Of a stretch of DNA of 64,000 nt, positions 46,601 through 57,733 are shown in pieces. Under the pieces are notes generated by a model. That model saw only the letters and a program-made list of their open reading frames with translations, searched no databases and was not told where the DNA came from. The stretch comes from an uncultured Gemmatimonadaceae bacterium. Its GTDB lineage: Bacteria > Gemmatimonadota > Gemmatimonadetes > Gemmatimonadales > Gemmatimonadaceae. The stretch covers positions 288,001-352,000 of the forward strand of contig CAWHHI010000008.1 in the NCBI GenBank assembly GCA_963829055.1, in the 5' to 3' direction. Position 1 is the stretch's first letter, and every line of letters begins with the position of its first letter. Position numbers and translations under genes: made by a program.

Positions 46601-46812
46601 GCGCGGCCGTCGGCGCCCGTGAGCGCACCCTGCGTCGTGCCCACGATCTGCACCTGTGCCTGCGCGATCGGCTGCTGAGTTGCGGCGTCGGTCACGCGCA
46701 CGGTGATCCTGCCCTGCTGTGCCTCCGCCGCGGCGGTGAACACGGCCAGTGAGGCACTCACGGCGAGTGCCCATGGAATCCTGCGACTGACGATGGACGT
46801 GAGAGTTTGCAT
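43660..46812 (-). CDS. SusC/RagA-like TonB-dependent transporter 1
   Basis: Intact ORF; CarboxypepD-like N-terminal domain, [44 protein letters not shown], C-terminal Phe. Confidence 0.93.
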   Translation of the reverse strand: [1050 protein letters not shown]

Positions 46813-47257
46813 CCGTTCGAGCCCTCCGCTGAAGGGAACGCGAGCGGCCGCCCCGACTGCGGAGCGCCGCGGGTCCAGCACCGGATCGGTCTGGCGGCGT
46901 CAGGTGGCGTTGCCTAACGACTCGCCGCCGAACTGTCGAGGTCGCGGAGACTCGGCCGAGTCCGGGCCAGCCGGACCGACCGCGCGCCTGGGGTTGGTGT
47001 TCGCTTGGTGCCTGACGAGCTGCCTGACGAGTGGCCGAGCAGACACGGCGGCGCCGGCGCGGGCGCCGCGGTGACTCGGGACTGGGACGAGACCCACTCG
47101 CGCCGCACAAACTCCGTTTCGTCGCGGCGCCTCACAATTCGTTAGGGACGCGCCGCATTTCGAGAGTGGCGAAGCCAACGAGCAACAGGGCTACCTGATG
47201 CCGTGACAAGGCGAGCCGGGCGATTGAGGCGCGTGTCCTCCCGAGGAGCGCCAGCGG

Positions 47258-47370
47258 TTGTCATCCCGAGCGACAGCGAGGGACCTTGTGTGAAGTCATC
47301 GTGGCCGAGACCGGCCACGATGACTTCACAGAAGGTCCCTCGTCGCTCGCTGCACTCCTCGGGATGACAG
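47258..47370. repeat. REP-like palindrome TGTCATCCCGAG...CTCGGGATGACA
   Basis: Inverted ends with near-perfect internal hairpin GTGAAGTCATCGTGGCCG/CGGCCACGATGACTTCAC. Confidence 0.8.
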
Positions 47371-47383
47371 GTTCCCGGATGCA

Positions 47384-47422
47384 CGAAGCCCCTGAATCGT
47401 CACCGACGATTCAGGGGCTTCG
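47384..47422 (-). terminator. Strong hairpin downstream of susD-like 2
   Basis: CGAAGCCCCTGAATCGTC-acc-GACGATTCAGGGGCTTCG; no clear U-tract. Confidence 0.6.
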
Positions 47423-47476
47423 CTTCACGCGTTAGGCGTGGAACAGTCGCCTAGGGGTTTCTGTTACAGCGTTGTG

Positions 47477-48915
47477 TTACGGGTTTCTGTCGATACAGGC
47501 CGGGGCGCCGTTCAGCTCCGGGTTGTTCTCCTCTGCCTGCGTCACCGGGAGGTTCACATCCGGGCCGTACTGGCCACCGCGATAGTGCTCGCCAACCGGG
47601 AAGACCTGGTTGACCGTGCGGCCGTACTGACGAACCTGACGACGCATGTCGCCGAGGCGGAAGCCACGGCCGAACTCCCAGAACGCCTTCTCGCGGAAGA
47701 AGAGGCTGGTCGCCGCGTCCTGCGTCGCCGGAGTCGGCAGCGGCCGCCATGGCCGCTGGCTGCACTTCACCGAGCTTCGGCGGAGCAGCGCGCAGCGCAT
47801 TGAGGATCGCCATCATGCCGGGGATGTCATTGGCCTTGAGCTTGCCTTCCGCCTCGATCAGACGCGCGTCGATACCGTTGTAGATCGCGACGGTCGTGCT
47901 GCGTGCCCACAACGTCGTCGTCCGCGATGGAATCGACCCGTCCTGCGACAGCGTGGTGTCCTTTCCATTCGACGAGATCGTGTAACTGCGACGGCACGCG
48001 CGGATCCTGTGCCGAGTAGAACGGAATCGCGTTCTTCACGAGCAGGTTGTGACCGCGGCCCTCGAGCGAGTCACCGACCGTATAGCGACGCTGGCTGGAT
48101 GGCTGATTCCAGAGCGTGTTGTCGCCCGAGCTCGTGCGCGAACGTGATGTCGTACGTGAACGTGTTAGGCACCGCGGTGGTCGTGACCAGCGCCGCGGCC
48201 TCGGCGATCTGGCCGAGCCCGAGGAGCGCACGAGCCTTCGTCACGAGCAGCGCGCGACGCACCAGCAGATCGCCAGCCGCGGTCGCAGTCGCCGGAATCA
48301 GGGCCAGGCCCGGAGTCAGCCGAGGCAACCGCCGCGGTGAACACGAATGCGCCCGGACGCGGTATGTCGTAGACGATCGTGCCGGTGGAATCGATGCCGG
48401 ACAGCGGGATGCCGTTGCAGTAAGTCGTTCGCCAACTGCTGCTCGGCATACGCTCGCACGAAATACATCTCCGCGATACGCGTCGCCTCGGTTGGGCGCC
48501 ACTGCTTCAGGCCGCGAATGCGCCTCGTTGGCCGACGTGCGTGCCCGTGCCAGCTGACGGTACATCGTGTTGACCGTGCCGTTGTTGATCTGGATCGAGC
48601 GCTGATCCGTCTCGTCGTTCTGCACGAACGTGGAGCTCGTGGACCACTCGTCCGCGAGCAAGCCGCCGAAGAGCCAGCGTGCTGCCTTCGCCGGCCGTGC
48701 TCGGTCCGATCGTCTTCAGTCGCCCGAGCGCGCCGTTGTAGATCGCGAGCGCGCCTTCCGCGGAGTTGGCGTTCTCCGGAACGAATGAGGTCGGGGTCGA
48801 CCGCCTCGAGCAGGTTGTCCGTGGCATTGCAGGCGCCGAGCAGCGGGATGAGCGCCACCGTCGAGATTCCGACGGCGACGCGCACCCGCGCGGCGATAGT
48901 GTTGTATAGTCTCAT
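47477..48915 (-). CDS. SusD/RagB-like lipoprotein 2 (frameshifted paralog)
   Basis: Lipobox [23 protein letters not shown] shared with paralog 1. Confidence 0.85.
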
Positions 48916-48941
48916 GGAATCAGCTAGTCGTCGTTAGGGTC

Positions 48942-51900
48942 TTAGAAGCCGATGTTGAAGCGCACGGTCCAGTAGCTCGCGAGGCCGATCGTCTGGAAGT
49001 CAGACGGAACGTCGCCGCCACCGGTGGCCGTGTAGTCGTTCTCCGGATCGATGCCGCGATACTTCGACCACGTGCCGAGGTTACGGCCGGAGAAGATCAT
49101 GTCGGCGTTCCGGGCCCGCATCAGGCTGGCGACGCGCGTCGGCATCGACCATCGGACCGACATCTCGCGCAGCTTGACGAAGTCACCGTCCTGGTAGAAC
49201 CCATCGAGCGTCTTCGGACGGGTCGTCGCGCGTGGCAACGACCATCGCCTGCTCCTCGAGCGAGGAGTTCGGATTCTCGAGACCGTTGCAGTTCTGGCGG
49301 CTCGTGCAGCGAATGCGCTCGGTGTTGTTGTACGCCTTGTAGCCGCCGCGGTAGTCGAACAGCGCCTGGACGCGCAGCTTGCGGTTCAGGAACTCGAACC
49401 CGGGCGTCGCGGTGACGATGTGGCGCGGCTGCGTGTAGCCACGGAAGATCGACGGAATCGCCGACGAACACCTCGTTCAACGCCGGATTGGCGTTGTACG
49501 TGAGGATGCCGTCCTTGTTCTTGTCCTCGTAGCCCGTTGATCGGCTGCGCCCACCAGCCGAACAGCGGGTACCCCTCGACCACGCGCGTGCTGACTCCGA
49601 TCTGCGGCGGCGTGCCGCCGAGGTCGAGCAGCTTGTTGGCGTTCGTGCGAGCCGTTGATCGTGATGTCGAACGCGAACGACTTGCGATCGATGATCTGCG
49701 CGTTCGTGAGCATCTCGAAACCGTGGTTACGCACCGCGCCGAGGTTCTGCAGCACGGTCGTCGCGCCCGTGCCGACCGACGGCGCGATGACGGCCGCGAT
49801 GAGCGCGTCCTTCGTGCGCTTCTGGTACGCGGTGACGTCGAGGCTCAGGCGGTTGTTGAGCATCTTCATCTCGAAGCCGCCCTCGAGCTCCGTCGTGCGC
49901 TCCGGCTTGAGATCCGTCGTTGCCTAACGCGTTGTTCGTCAGCGTGGGCGTGTCGACGCCCTTCACGTTGACGGCAGCGCGTGGAGATGGTGCGAAGCGC
50001 GTCGTTCGGTCCCGGCTGAACGCCGGCGGCGCCGTACGCCGAGCGCAGACGCAGCGAGTTGAGCCAGCCCCACTGCGGGAAGAAGCCTTCGTCGCTGATG
50101 ACGTAGCTGGCGGCGAACTTCGGGTACCACACGCTCTGGAAGTCCGTACCGAACGCGCTGTTCTGGTCCGTACGAACCGCGGCGGTGAGGAACAGGCGGT
50201 CATGAATGCCCGCCGATTCCTCGATGAAGAAGCCGAGGGTCTTCGTGAGCGTCGTCGTTTCCGTGACGTCCGTAGCGGAACGCGTGATCGTCGACGAGCA
50301 CGTCTGCGCGCCCGGGGGCAGCTCGGTACCGCCGCACTGGTTGCCGTCGAACTGATAGTTCACGTACTGGGTGCCGACCGTGGTGCGAGAGTTCAACCAC
50401 GACAGCGGGTTGAAGTTCGCGCCCGACGTCAGGTCGAGCGTCGTGTTACGAATGTTGTTGCGGCCGTTGTACTTGAAGCCGAGACGGTAGTTCGTCGTGA
50501 TCGGCGGACCTTCGCCACGATACAGGAGGTTGTCGTCGACGCGATCCGTGAGGTCCGTGCCGAACGTGAGGCGGGTCTGGTTCCACGTGAACGGACGCCA
50601 CGTGGCGTTCGTGCTGCCGATGAACCGGTTGATGCCCTGCCCCGTCTTCTCCTGCCAGGTGTAGCCCGGCGTCCACGCGCGGTAGCCGTTGAGCGGCGTG
50701 CCCGTGGTGGCAACGGTGCCGTTCTCCTTGTAGCCCTGACCGCCGAACGCCTGCGAGCCGATACCGGCCGTCGCGTTCGACTCCAGCGTGTAGCGCTGGT
50801 TCAGGTTGATGTAGCCGACGTTCAGCGCGAGGTCGAGCTTCGAGCCCACCGACGCGTTGACGTTCGTGCGGACCGTGTTGCGGGCGAGCGCGTTCGGACG
50901 CTTCGTCCAATCGCGAATCGGCACCTTCTCGGCGGTGAGCCGGCGGACTTCGAAGTCCGGAAGCTCGAGCACGCCCGTTTCCTCTTCGCGCTCACCCGAC
51001 ACGAAGTAGCGAATGCTCTCCGTACCAGCGGACAGGTTGGCGCCGACCTGGTAGCGATTGCCGGTGCCGATCGGGGTCGCGTCCGTGTCGAAGAACGGGC
51101 TGTAGATGCGGACGCTGTCCACCTTGCAGGCGCCGGACGACACGAGCGGCAGCGTGCAGGAGGCGGCGCTACGGGGGCCGCCGGTCGCAGCGTCCTTGCC
51201 CGTCAGCGTGTAGTTCCACGGATACGTGTTGCGATCGTCGAGGTAGCCGCCCTCGCCGTACGTGTTCCAGCGCGCCGAGCCGGCGCGGCCCTTCTTGGTC
51301 GTGATCACGATGACGCCGTTCGCGGCGTCGGTGCCGTACAGCGTCGCCGCCGACGGCCCCTTCACGATCTCGACGTTCTCGATCTCGTCCGGGTTCAGGT
51401 CGCCGACGCGGCTGGCGTTGTTGCCACCCGTGCCGAAGCCGGAGCCGAGGTTGCTCGTCATGCGGATCCCGTCGATGACGTAGATCGGATCGTTCGAGAG
51501 GCTGAGCGAGCTCGCGCCGCGGATACGGACGCGCGACCCGGTTCCCGTCTGCGTGCCGGTCTGCACCGCCACGCCTGCCGTCCGCGAGTTGATCAGGTCA
51601 TCGATGCTTCTGATCGGCGCTTCCGCCGCGATCTTCGACGGCGTCGATCTGCGCAATGGAGTTGCCCTGCTCGACCGTGCGCTGGTCGCCCGTGGCCGTC
51701 GTGACGACGGGCGACAGGCTGATCGCGACCGCGCCGATCGCGAAGTCGACCGTGACTTCCTGGTCGCGCGCGTAACCGTGACCTGCTTCTTCTGCTCCGC
51801 CGTATCCGACGCGGAGCACGCGAACCTGGTGACGTACCGGCGGGAACGCCGCGAAGGAGGAACCGCCCTTCAGGGCCCGTCAGGCCGCCGAGCGTGGTCC

Positions 51901-52063
51901 CAACGATTTGCACCTGAGCCTGACTCACTGGTTGCTGATTCGCGACGTCGGTGACGCGGACCATGACCCGGCCCTGCTGTGCCTGGGCGGTGAACGAAGT
52001 GGCGCACAGCGCCACCGCTATCCCGGCCGCCCATCGAACAGAAATCGACGGGAGAGATCTCAT
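48942..52063 (-). CDS. SusC/RagA-like TonB-dependent transporter 2 (frameshifted paralog)
   Basis: Same plug motif [25 protein letters not shown]; ends ...FNIGF. Confidence 0.9.
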
Positions 52064-52088
52064 CCTAACTACCCTCCTGACTGGTGGG

Positions 52089-52123
52089 AAAAAAAACGAC
52101 CCCGCCCATTTTGGCGGGTCGTT
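52089..52123 (-). terminator. Intrinsic-terminator-like hairpin in the susC-like 2 leader
   Basis: Minus strand AACGACCCGCC-aaaat-GGGCGGGGTCGTT then T-run, about 10 nt before the GGAGG RBS. Confidence 0.65.
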
Positions 52124-52225
52124 GAGGAATCAATCTGAACGGCTCGGTCCTGACCCGTCGCAACGCGGGGTGAGGCGCACGCGATGTGACCAAACGCCGT
52201 TAGGGCATGTTGAGTTGTGTCAGCT

Positions 52226-52254
52226 AGGTTACCGACCGTCGCCACGCCCGTCAA
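52226..52254 (-). promoter_or_regulatory. Candidate sigma70 promoter for susC-like 2
   Basis: TTGACG-N17-TAACCT on the minus strand. Confidence 0.5.
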
Positions 52255-52375
52255 CGGGCGTCGCGTCGTCACCTGTAAGGATTCGGTGAATGGGCGTTCA
52301 CGGTCGGCCAAGGCATGACAAACCGACCGAAAAACGCGCTTTGTCCCAGCCTGATTAGTAGCTTCCAACGGCAAT

Positions 52376-52416
52376 AAAAAGGGGCCCGGCTGAGTGAGCC
52401 GGGCCCCTCGTGTTTT
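52376..52416 (-). terminator. Intrinsic terminator (possibly bidirectional)
   Basis: AAAAA-GGGGCCCGGCT-gagtg-AGCCGGGCCCC...TTTT. Confidence 0.75.
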
Positions 52417-52470
52417 GCCAATCCCTGAGCCGTGTGGGACCGCCCCCGGATACCCGCCGGCGTCCCTCCG

Positions 52471-53679
52471 CTAGCGGTTCTCCCACGCGAAGCCGGTCGC
52501 CATTCGCTCGAGCCGTCGCGGGTCCTTTGGCGTTCGTCCGTCCATGATCCGAAGCACGCTCGTTCCGCCAAGGCTCGGCCCGTATCCCTTGGTCGCCAGG
52601 TCGTCGATCCCGTCGCCGTCGCCGTCGAGCGCGTAGACCGCTTCGTGGCCCCGGAACCGGTAGTCGCGGAGACGAAGCGGACTGAGCTTCCCCGCGTCGT
52701 CGATGAGGATCGACGATCTCGCGCACCCACTCGTACTCGCCCGCCCACGCCGTCGCGACGACGATCGCTCGGCCGCCCGGGAAGCAGCCCGGCACCGCCG
52801 TCGACCGGTACTTGAGCGACTTGAGCAGGCGCTCGTACGGCGGTTTCTCGCCGAGCCGAAGCACCTCCTCGAGGGAGTCACGGACCGCCTTCACGCGCGC
52901 GTCGAGCGGGGGCGGCAGCGGACCGCGAACACATGCCGTGTCGGTCAACGCTTCGCTGGCCGAATCCACCAGCTGGGCCGTGACCGGAAGCGGTTCGACC
53001 GTGCGCGCCAGCGAATCCACGCGCGGTGCCGTCGCAACCGTCGCGACGATGCGCCCGTTCCACGTATCGAAGCCGTTGATCGTCGCGTCGTCCGCGCCCC
53101 ACGGTCCGCGCAGTCGGAAGCGGGTACCCGTCGGAAACGGCGTGCGCGCCGCGACCGCCAGCTTGTACGCGGCGAGCCGCGCCGGGTTGCGCCGCACTTC
53201 CATGTCTACACGCCCAATGTCCACGAGCAGACGCTTGCCGCGAGCAGCGGCGAGGAACCAGCCCTGCGTCACCGGCGGGAATACGAGCTTGTCGGCGATG
53301 GAATCCGCCAGCGGTGGCAGCACCTTGGGTCGCGCCCGCGCAGCGGGCCGGTTGCGACGCACCGTCGCCGCGACCGCGCTGTCGATCGAGCCCCGCAGGC
53401 TGCCGACGCCGGTCGCGAGCGCAGTGTCGGACTGGGGACTGGGGACTGGGGACTGGGGACTGGACGCCACGAGGGTGGAGTCGACGGTGGCGCTGTCGGA
53501 GTCCGCGACAGCCGCCGCGCGCGACTCGCAGGCCGCGACGGCGATGACCGTCAGGCACGGAGATCCCGAGTCGGGCGGCGCGGTCCAGAATGGTCAAGCG
53601 AGTTCGCAGGCGAGTGTGGATGCGATCACGCGATGCGTCGATCGGCTGAATCGCGATAGTGAACGCGCGTGGCTGACAT
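52471..53679 (-). CDS. Hypothetical (lipo)protein with a DGDGDG Ca-binding/FG-GAP-like motif (frameshifted; start uncertain)
   Basis: VIAVAAC lipobox-like motif, translated heptamer repeat SPQSPVPSPQS, LDGDGDGIDDLA. Confidence 0.6.
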
Positions 53680-53722
53680 AAATTGGTCTGCCGAGTCCCC
53701 AGTCCCTCAGTCCCCAGTCCCC
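53430..53722. repeat. Heptamer inverted arrays (GGGGACT)n / (AGTCCCC)n
   Basis: Arrays at ~53430-53462 and ~53694-53722. Confidence 0.8.
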
Positions 53723-53727
53723 ACGTG

Positions 53728-54742
53728 ATGGTCCACCAGTTCGCGTACAGCCCGGGCAACGTCCGAGGACGACGCCGAGCGGCAACTCGCAGCGCCCGGC
53801 TCCGCGCCGCTTGGCGGCGGGACGGACCTGATGGTGTGCATTCGCGAAGACCTCGCGCGCCCTGACGTGCTCGTTGACCTCACGCGCATCCCCGACGCCC
53901 GCGAGCTCACCTGGCGGGACGACGGTGGCCTCCGCATTGGCGGCTCCGTTCGGCTCGCGCAGCTGGCGCGCGACCCGCGCGTCCGCGAGCGATTCGGTGC
54001 ACTCGCCCAGGCCTGCGAGAGCGTCGGAACGCCCGCGCTCCGCACCATGGGGACGATTGCGGGCAATCTTTGTCAACGTCCGCGCTGCTGGTACCTCCGA
54101 AGTGGCTTCGCCTGCCACAAGCACGGGGGCGACTCGTGCCCCGCCGCGTCGGGCGAGAACCAGTACCACGCGATCTTCGGCGGCGGTCCGTGCTACATCG
54201 TGCACCCGTCGGACCCGGCGGTGGCCCTGACCGCGCTCGAGGCGGAGGTGGAGATTCGGAGCGCCCGTTCGGCGGCCAGCGCCGGCGGCGAGGCTGCTGC
54301 TCACGTTAGGCGTGTGCCGATCGCCGAGTTCTTCGTCTTGCCGAGCGAGCGCCTGGACCACGAGACGGTCCTGGGCGCGGGCGAGTACGTGAGCGCCATC
54401 GAGATCCCGGGTGGCTCCGCGGGTGGCGTGCAGTGGTTCGAGAAGGTGATGCAGCGTGCCGCGTGGGACTTCGCGCTGGTGTCGCTGGCGGCGGTGCGCC
54501 GTGAGGACGGTGCGGTGCGCCTCGTGTTCGGCGGCGTGGCGCCGAAGCCGTGGCGGGTGTCGGAGTCGGTGGAGGAGGACGTGGCGTCGGGTGGACTGTC
54601 GGAGGACGACATTGCGACGTTGGCGGAGCGGGCGATGTACGACGCGAAGCCGCTGGCGAAGAACGGCTACAAGGTGGAGATGGCGGCGGCGGTGTTGAGG
54701 AGAGGCATTGGCAAGATCCTGATCGACGACCTGCGGCGTTGA
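53728..54742 (+). CDS. Mo-hydroxylase FAD subunit, PaoB/YagS-like with Cys-rich 4Fe-4S insert (frameshift near N-terminus)
   Basis: GGGTDL, GTIAGNLCQRPRCWYLR, CHKHGGDSC, CYIVHPSD. Confidence 0.9.
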
Positions 54743-54835
54743 GTGTTGCCATGACACACCACCATGACACACCACACTGTCGTCTTTCCAGCGCCTGAAC
54801 TCAGTCGTAGTTCGTGTTCGAGTTCTCGACCGCCC

Positions 54836-55588
54836 ATGGACGAACATCTCTACGACGCGTTTTTTCGCCTGGAACGATCGCATTGGTGGTTCGTCGCGAG
54901 GCAGCAGATCCTTCTTCGATTGACGCGCCGGTTTTTACCGCCGGGCGGAAAGTTCCTGGACGTCGGGTGTGGCACCGGAGACTACCTCGAGACGGCATCG
55001 CGAGAATTCAATGGGCACGGGATCGATTGCTCCGCTACGGCCGTTCGGATTTGTCGTGAGCGCGGGCTGACGAACGTCACGGCAACCACGCTGGAAGACC
55101 TCACAGAGCAGCCACAGGCTCAATTCAACGCTGTCATGTTCTTCGACGTCATCGAGCACCTCGACGACGACACCGGCGCACTGGCGGCCGCAAGACGAGT
55201 CCTCGTGCCCGGGGGCGTCGTGATGGTGACCGTGCCGGCGTATCAATTTTTGTGGTCTCGTCACGATGACGAGAACCAGCATCGGCGACGGTATGCCGCC
55301 CGTCAGCTACGGGCGCGCCTCAAGACCGCTGGGTATCGCGTCGAGATGCTGACTTACTTCAACACGCTGCTGTTTCCGCTAGCGGTGGCTCGGCGTACCG
55401 CACAGCGTTTTTTTCCACAACCCGATTATGACGAGCTGGCAATGCCTCGCGGGTGGAGGAACGCTTGCCTGCGCCGGGTGTTCGGGGTGGAGGCCCCTTT
55501 CGTCAAACGGGCTAGCGCGTACGAGTTGTTTCCGTTCGGACTATCGATTGCCGCGGTCGGCCGATTCGTCGGTGGGCCAGTCAATTGA
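54836..55588 (+). CDS. Class I SAM-dependent methyltransferase (glycan-cluster type)
   Basis: HWWF, LDVGCGTG, DVIEHLDDD, TVPAYQFLWSRHD...HRRRY. Confidence 0.9.
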   Translation: MDEHLYDAFFRLERSHWWFVARQQILLRLTRRFLPPGGKFLDVGCGTGDYLETASREFNGHGIDCSATAVRICRERGLTNVTATTLEDLTEQPQAQFNAVMFFDVIEHLDDDTGALAAARRVLVPGGVVMVTVPAYQFLWSRHDDENQHRRRYAARQLRARLKTAGYRVEMLTYFNTLLFPLAVARRTAQRFFPQPDYDELAMPRGWRNACLRRVFGVEAPFVKRASAYELFPFGLSIAAVGRFVGGPVN

Positions 55589-55597
55589 GCGACCGGC

Positions 55598-56656
55598 ATG
55601 GTCGAAGGCCACAGCGTGCCTAACGACGTCGCAGGCCCGCGGAATCGTGACCGCCTTCTCGTAGCCCTTGGAGTCGCGTGTGCTGCGGCAGCCATCGCGA
55701 CGTACGCGATTCGTTTAAATGGCGATCCGAACAACGCCAGCGACTTCACATGGTACTGGCGCGCCGGCCGCGCCATTCTCGAGGGGCGGAGTCCGTATCG
55801 GGTGATCAACCCGGACGGCCCGTACCCCAGAAACGCCGGCTTTCTGTATCCATTGCCCGCTGCGCTCATCGCCGCGCCGTTCGCGCTCTTCCCGCTATGG
55901 CACGGCATGGCCGCGTTTTCCGCTTTGCCGCAGGCACTCTGGCATTCGTGATGACGCGAGACGGATACTGGCGGCTTCCGTTGCTCATGTCATTCCCAAT
56001 GCTGTGGTGCGTCCAGTCAGGACAATGGACCCCGCTCGTCGTTGCTGCCGCGTTGTCACCGGTGCTTGCGTGCCTAGCCGTAGGCAAACCGACGATTGCC
56101 GCGGCGGCATTCGCGCACAGCCCGACTCGTCGCTTCGCCGCGTCGGCGACTGCCATCCTGCTGCTCGCATTGGCACTCGCTCCCGGGTGGCCGTCGGAAT
56201 ACCTGGCGGAGATTCGCGTTCGCGCAGCGGTGAACTACAGCATTCCCTTTCTGGTTTTCCCGGGACCGCTGCTCCTGCTAGCCGTGGCTCGGTGGCGCCG
56301 GTCTGAGGCGCGTTTGCTGCTGGCGCTGGCCTGTGTCCCACAGACCATGCTCTTCTACGATCAGTTACCGCTTCTGGTTCTCGCGCGCTCGTTCCGAGAA
56401 GCACTCGTGATGGCGGTGGCCAGCTACGTACCGATCGCCGTCATCTTCTTTGCCGCGCCCGCCGAATGACAGCGTCGCCGCCACGCTCGTCATAACTAGT
56501 CCGGTAATCGTCTGCTTGTACTATCTGCCGTGTCTCGTGGCGGTGCTCCTGCGGCCTAACGTCGGGAATGTGCCTGCGTTCGTCGACCGCTTGGCTCGGT
56601 ACGCCCCTCAGTGGCTTCGCGGCGTTCCGTCAACCGCGGGACTGCGACAGGGCTAG
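55598..56656 (+). CDS. GT-C/GT87-like polytopic membrane protein, paralog 1 (frameshifted)
   Basis: SDFTWYW..GRSPY, YPLPA, GQW, KPT, RWRRSEARLL, YLPCL..LLRPN. Confidence 0.65.
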
Positions 56657-56717
56657 CCTTATTTCTGTCCGCCGAGCTGGTAGCCGGCGACTGTCAGGCG
56701 CTCGTCGAAGCGACGAC

Positions 56718-57730
56718 TCATTCTGGCAGCGGCTGACCGCGAGCCCACCGCGGTAGTACACCGGCTGCCTTCTCGACCCATGCCGGTATCCTTCCCTCGT
56801 TAGGTCGTCTCAGGATCAGGTAGAGGGCCGGCAAGTAAACGCAGACGAACACGGCTATTCCGTTGTTGCGGAAGTACGTCACCAGGTCGTCCTTGGGCCC
56901 CAGCGCGTAGTACGCGAGCGCGAGGTCGGTGCCGATGACGAGTGCATAGGTCTGGAAACGGGTTCGTGCGATGACGAACAACGGCAGCACTTCATAGACG
57001 AACGGTGATTGTGGCACGATGGCCATCGCGACGAGCAGCCTCGCCTCGGGGCGCCGCCAACGGCAGAGCGCCAGAAGCGCGAGAAACCCGCCGGGTCCGC
57101 GCAGCGGCGAGTAATGAATCGGGGTGCCCGATGTCGGCGAGTCGCCGAGAGCCGCTAACCACTGTTTGGGCCAGTCGGGGATTATCAGCAGGCATAACGC
57201 CGCGAACAGCAGCATGGCTACCGCAGTCCAGAGCGTAGGTCGGTACAGCCAGGATGGCCAAGCCAATGTTCGGCTTGATGGCACCGACGGCCGAGAGGGA
57301 CGGCGCGAAAACCGCCGCCGCGAGCAGCATGGACCATTGGCCCTGCACGGCTCCGTGCGCGAACGCGGCACTGAGAAAGATTGGGAGGTAATGATACGAC
57401 CGCTGCGTCACTACCCAGGCGAGCAGCGCACTGGTTACGCCCGAGAAAACCGCCGTTGCTACGTCCGAAGCGAAGACTGTGAACGGTGCGGCCGCAACGA
57501 ACGCGGGAAGCGGGTAGTAGGTCCCTACGAACGGGTTCTGCCCGTTGAGGAGTGTTTTGGCGGCGAGCCAGCTCCAGGTGAAAGTCCGGCGGCGCGCCAA
57601 ACTGTGGGCGATGTATCGCGAACCACGAGGCACCCGCCGCGAAGAGCCCGACGCCGAGTGCGATGCGCAGCCGGTGCACTCGACGCGGGAGACGGCGGGC
57701 GGTCAGCCTCCCGGGCGGGACGGTCTCCAT
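56718..57730 (-). CDS. GT-C/GT87-like membrane protein, paralog 2 (frameshifted)
   Basis: DF..W..GQNPF, YPLPA, GQW, KPN, RWRRPEARLL, YLPAL..LRRPN. Confidence 0.65.
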
Positions 57731-57733
57731 CGC

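Noticed and set aside
46813..47257. Cobalamin or other riboswitch in the long susC-like 1 leader
   Set aside because: No recognisable B12-box or other aptamer consensus
44581..51704. Long antisense or alternate-frame ORFs (e.g. 49920-51704 +, 45664-46752 +)
   Set aside because: Arg/Ala-rich shadow ORFs expected in high-GC DNA opposite well-supported genes
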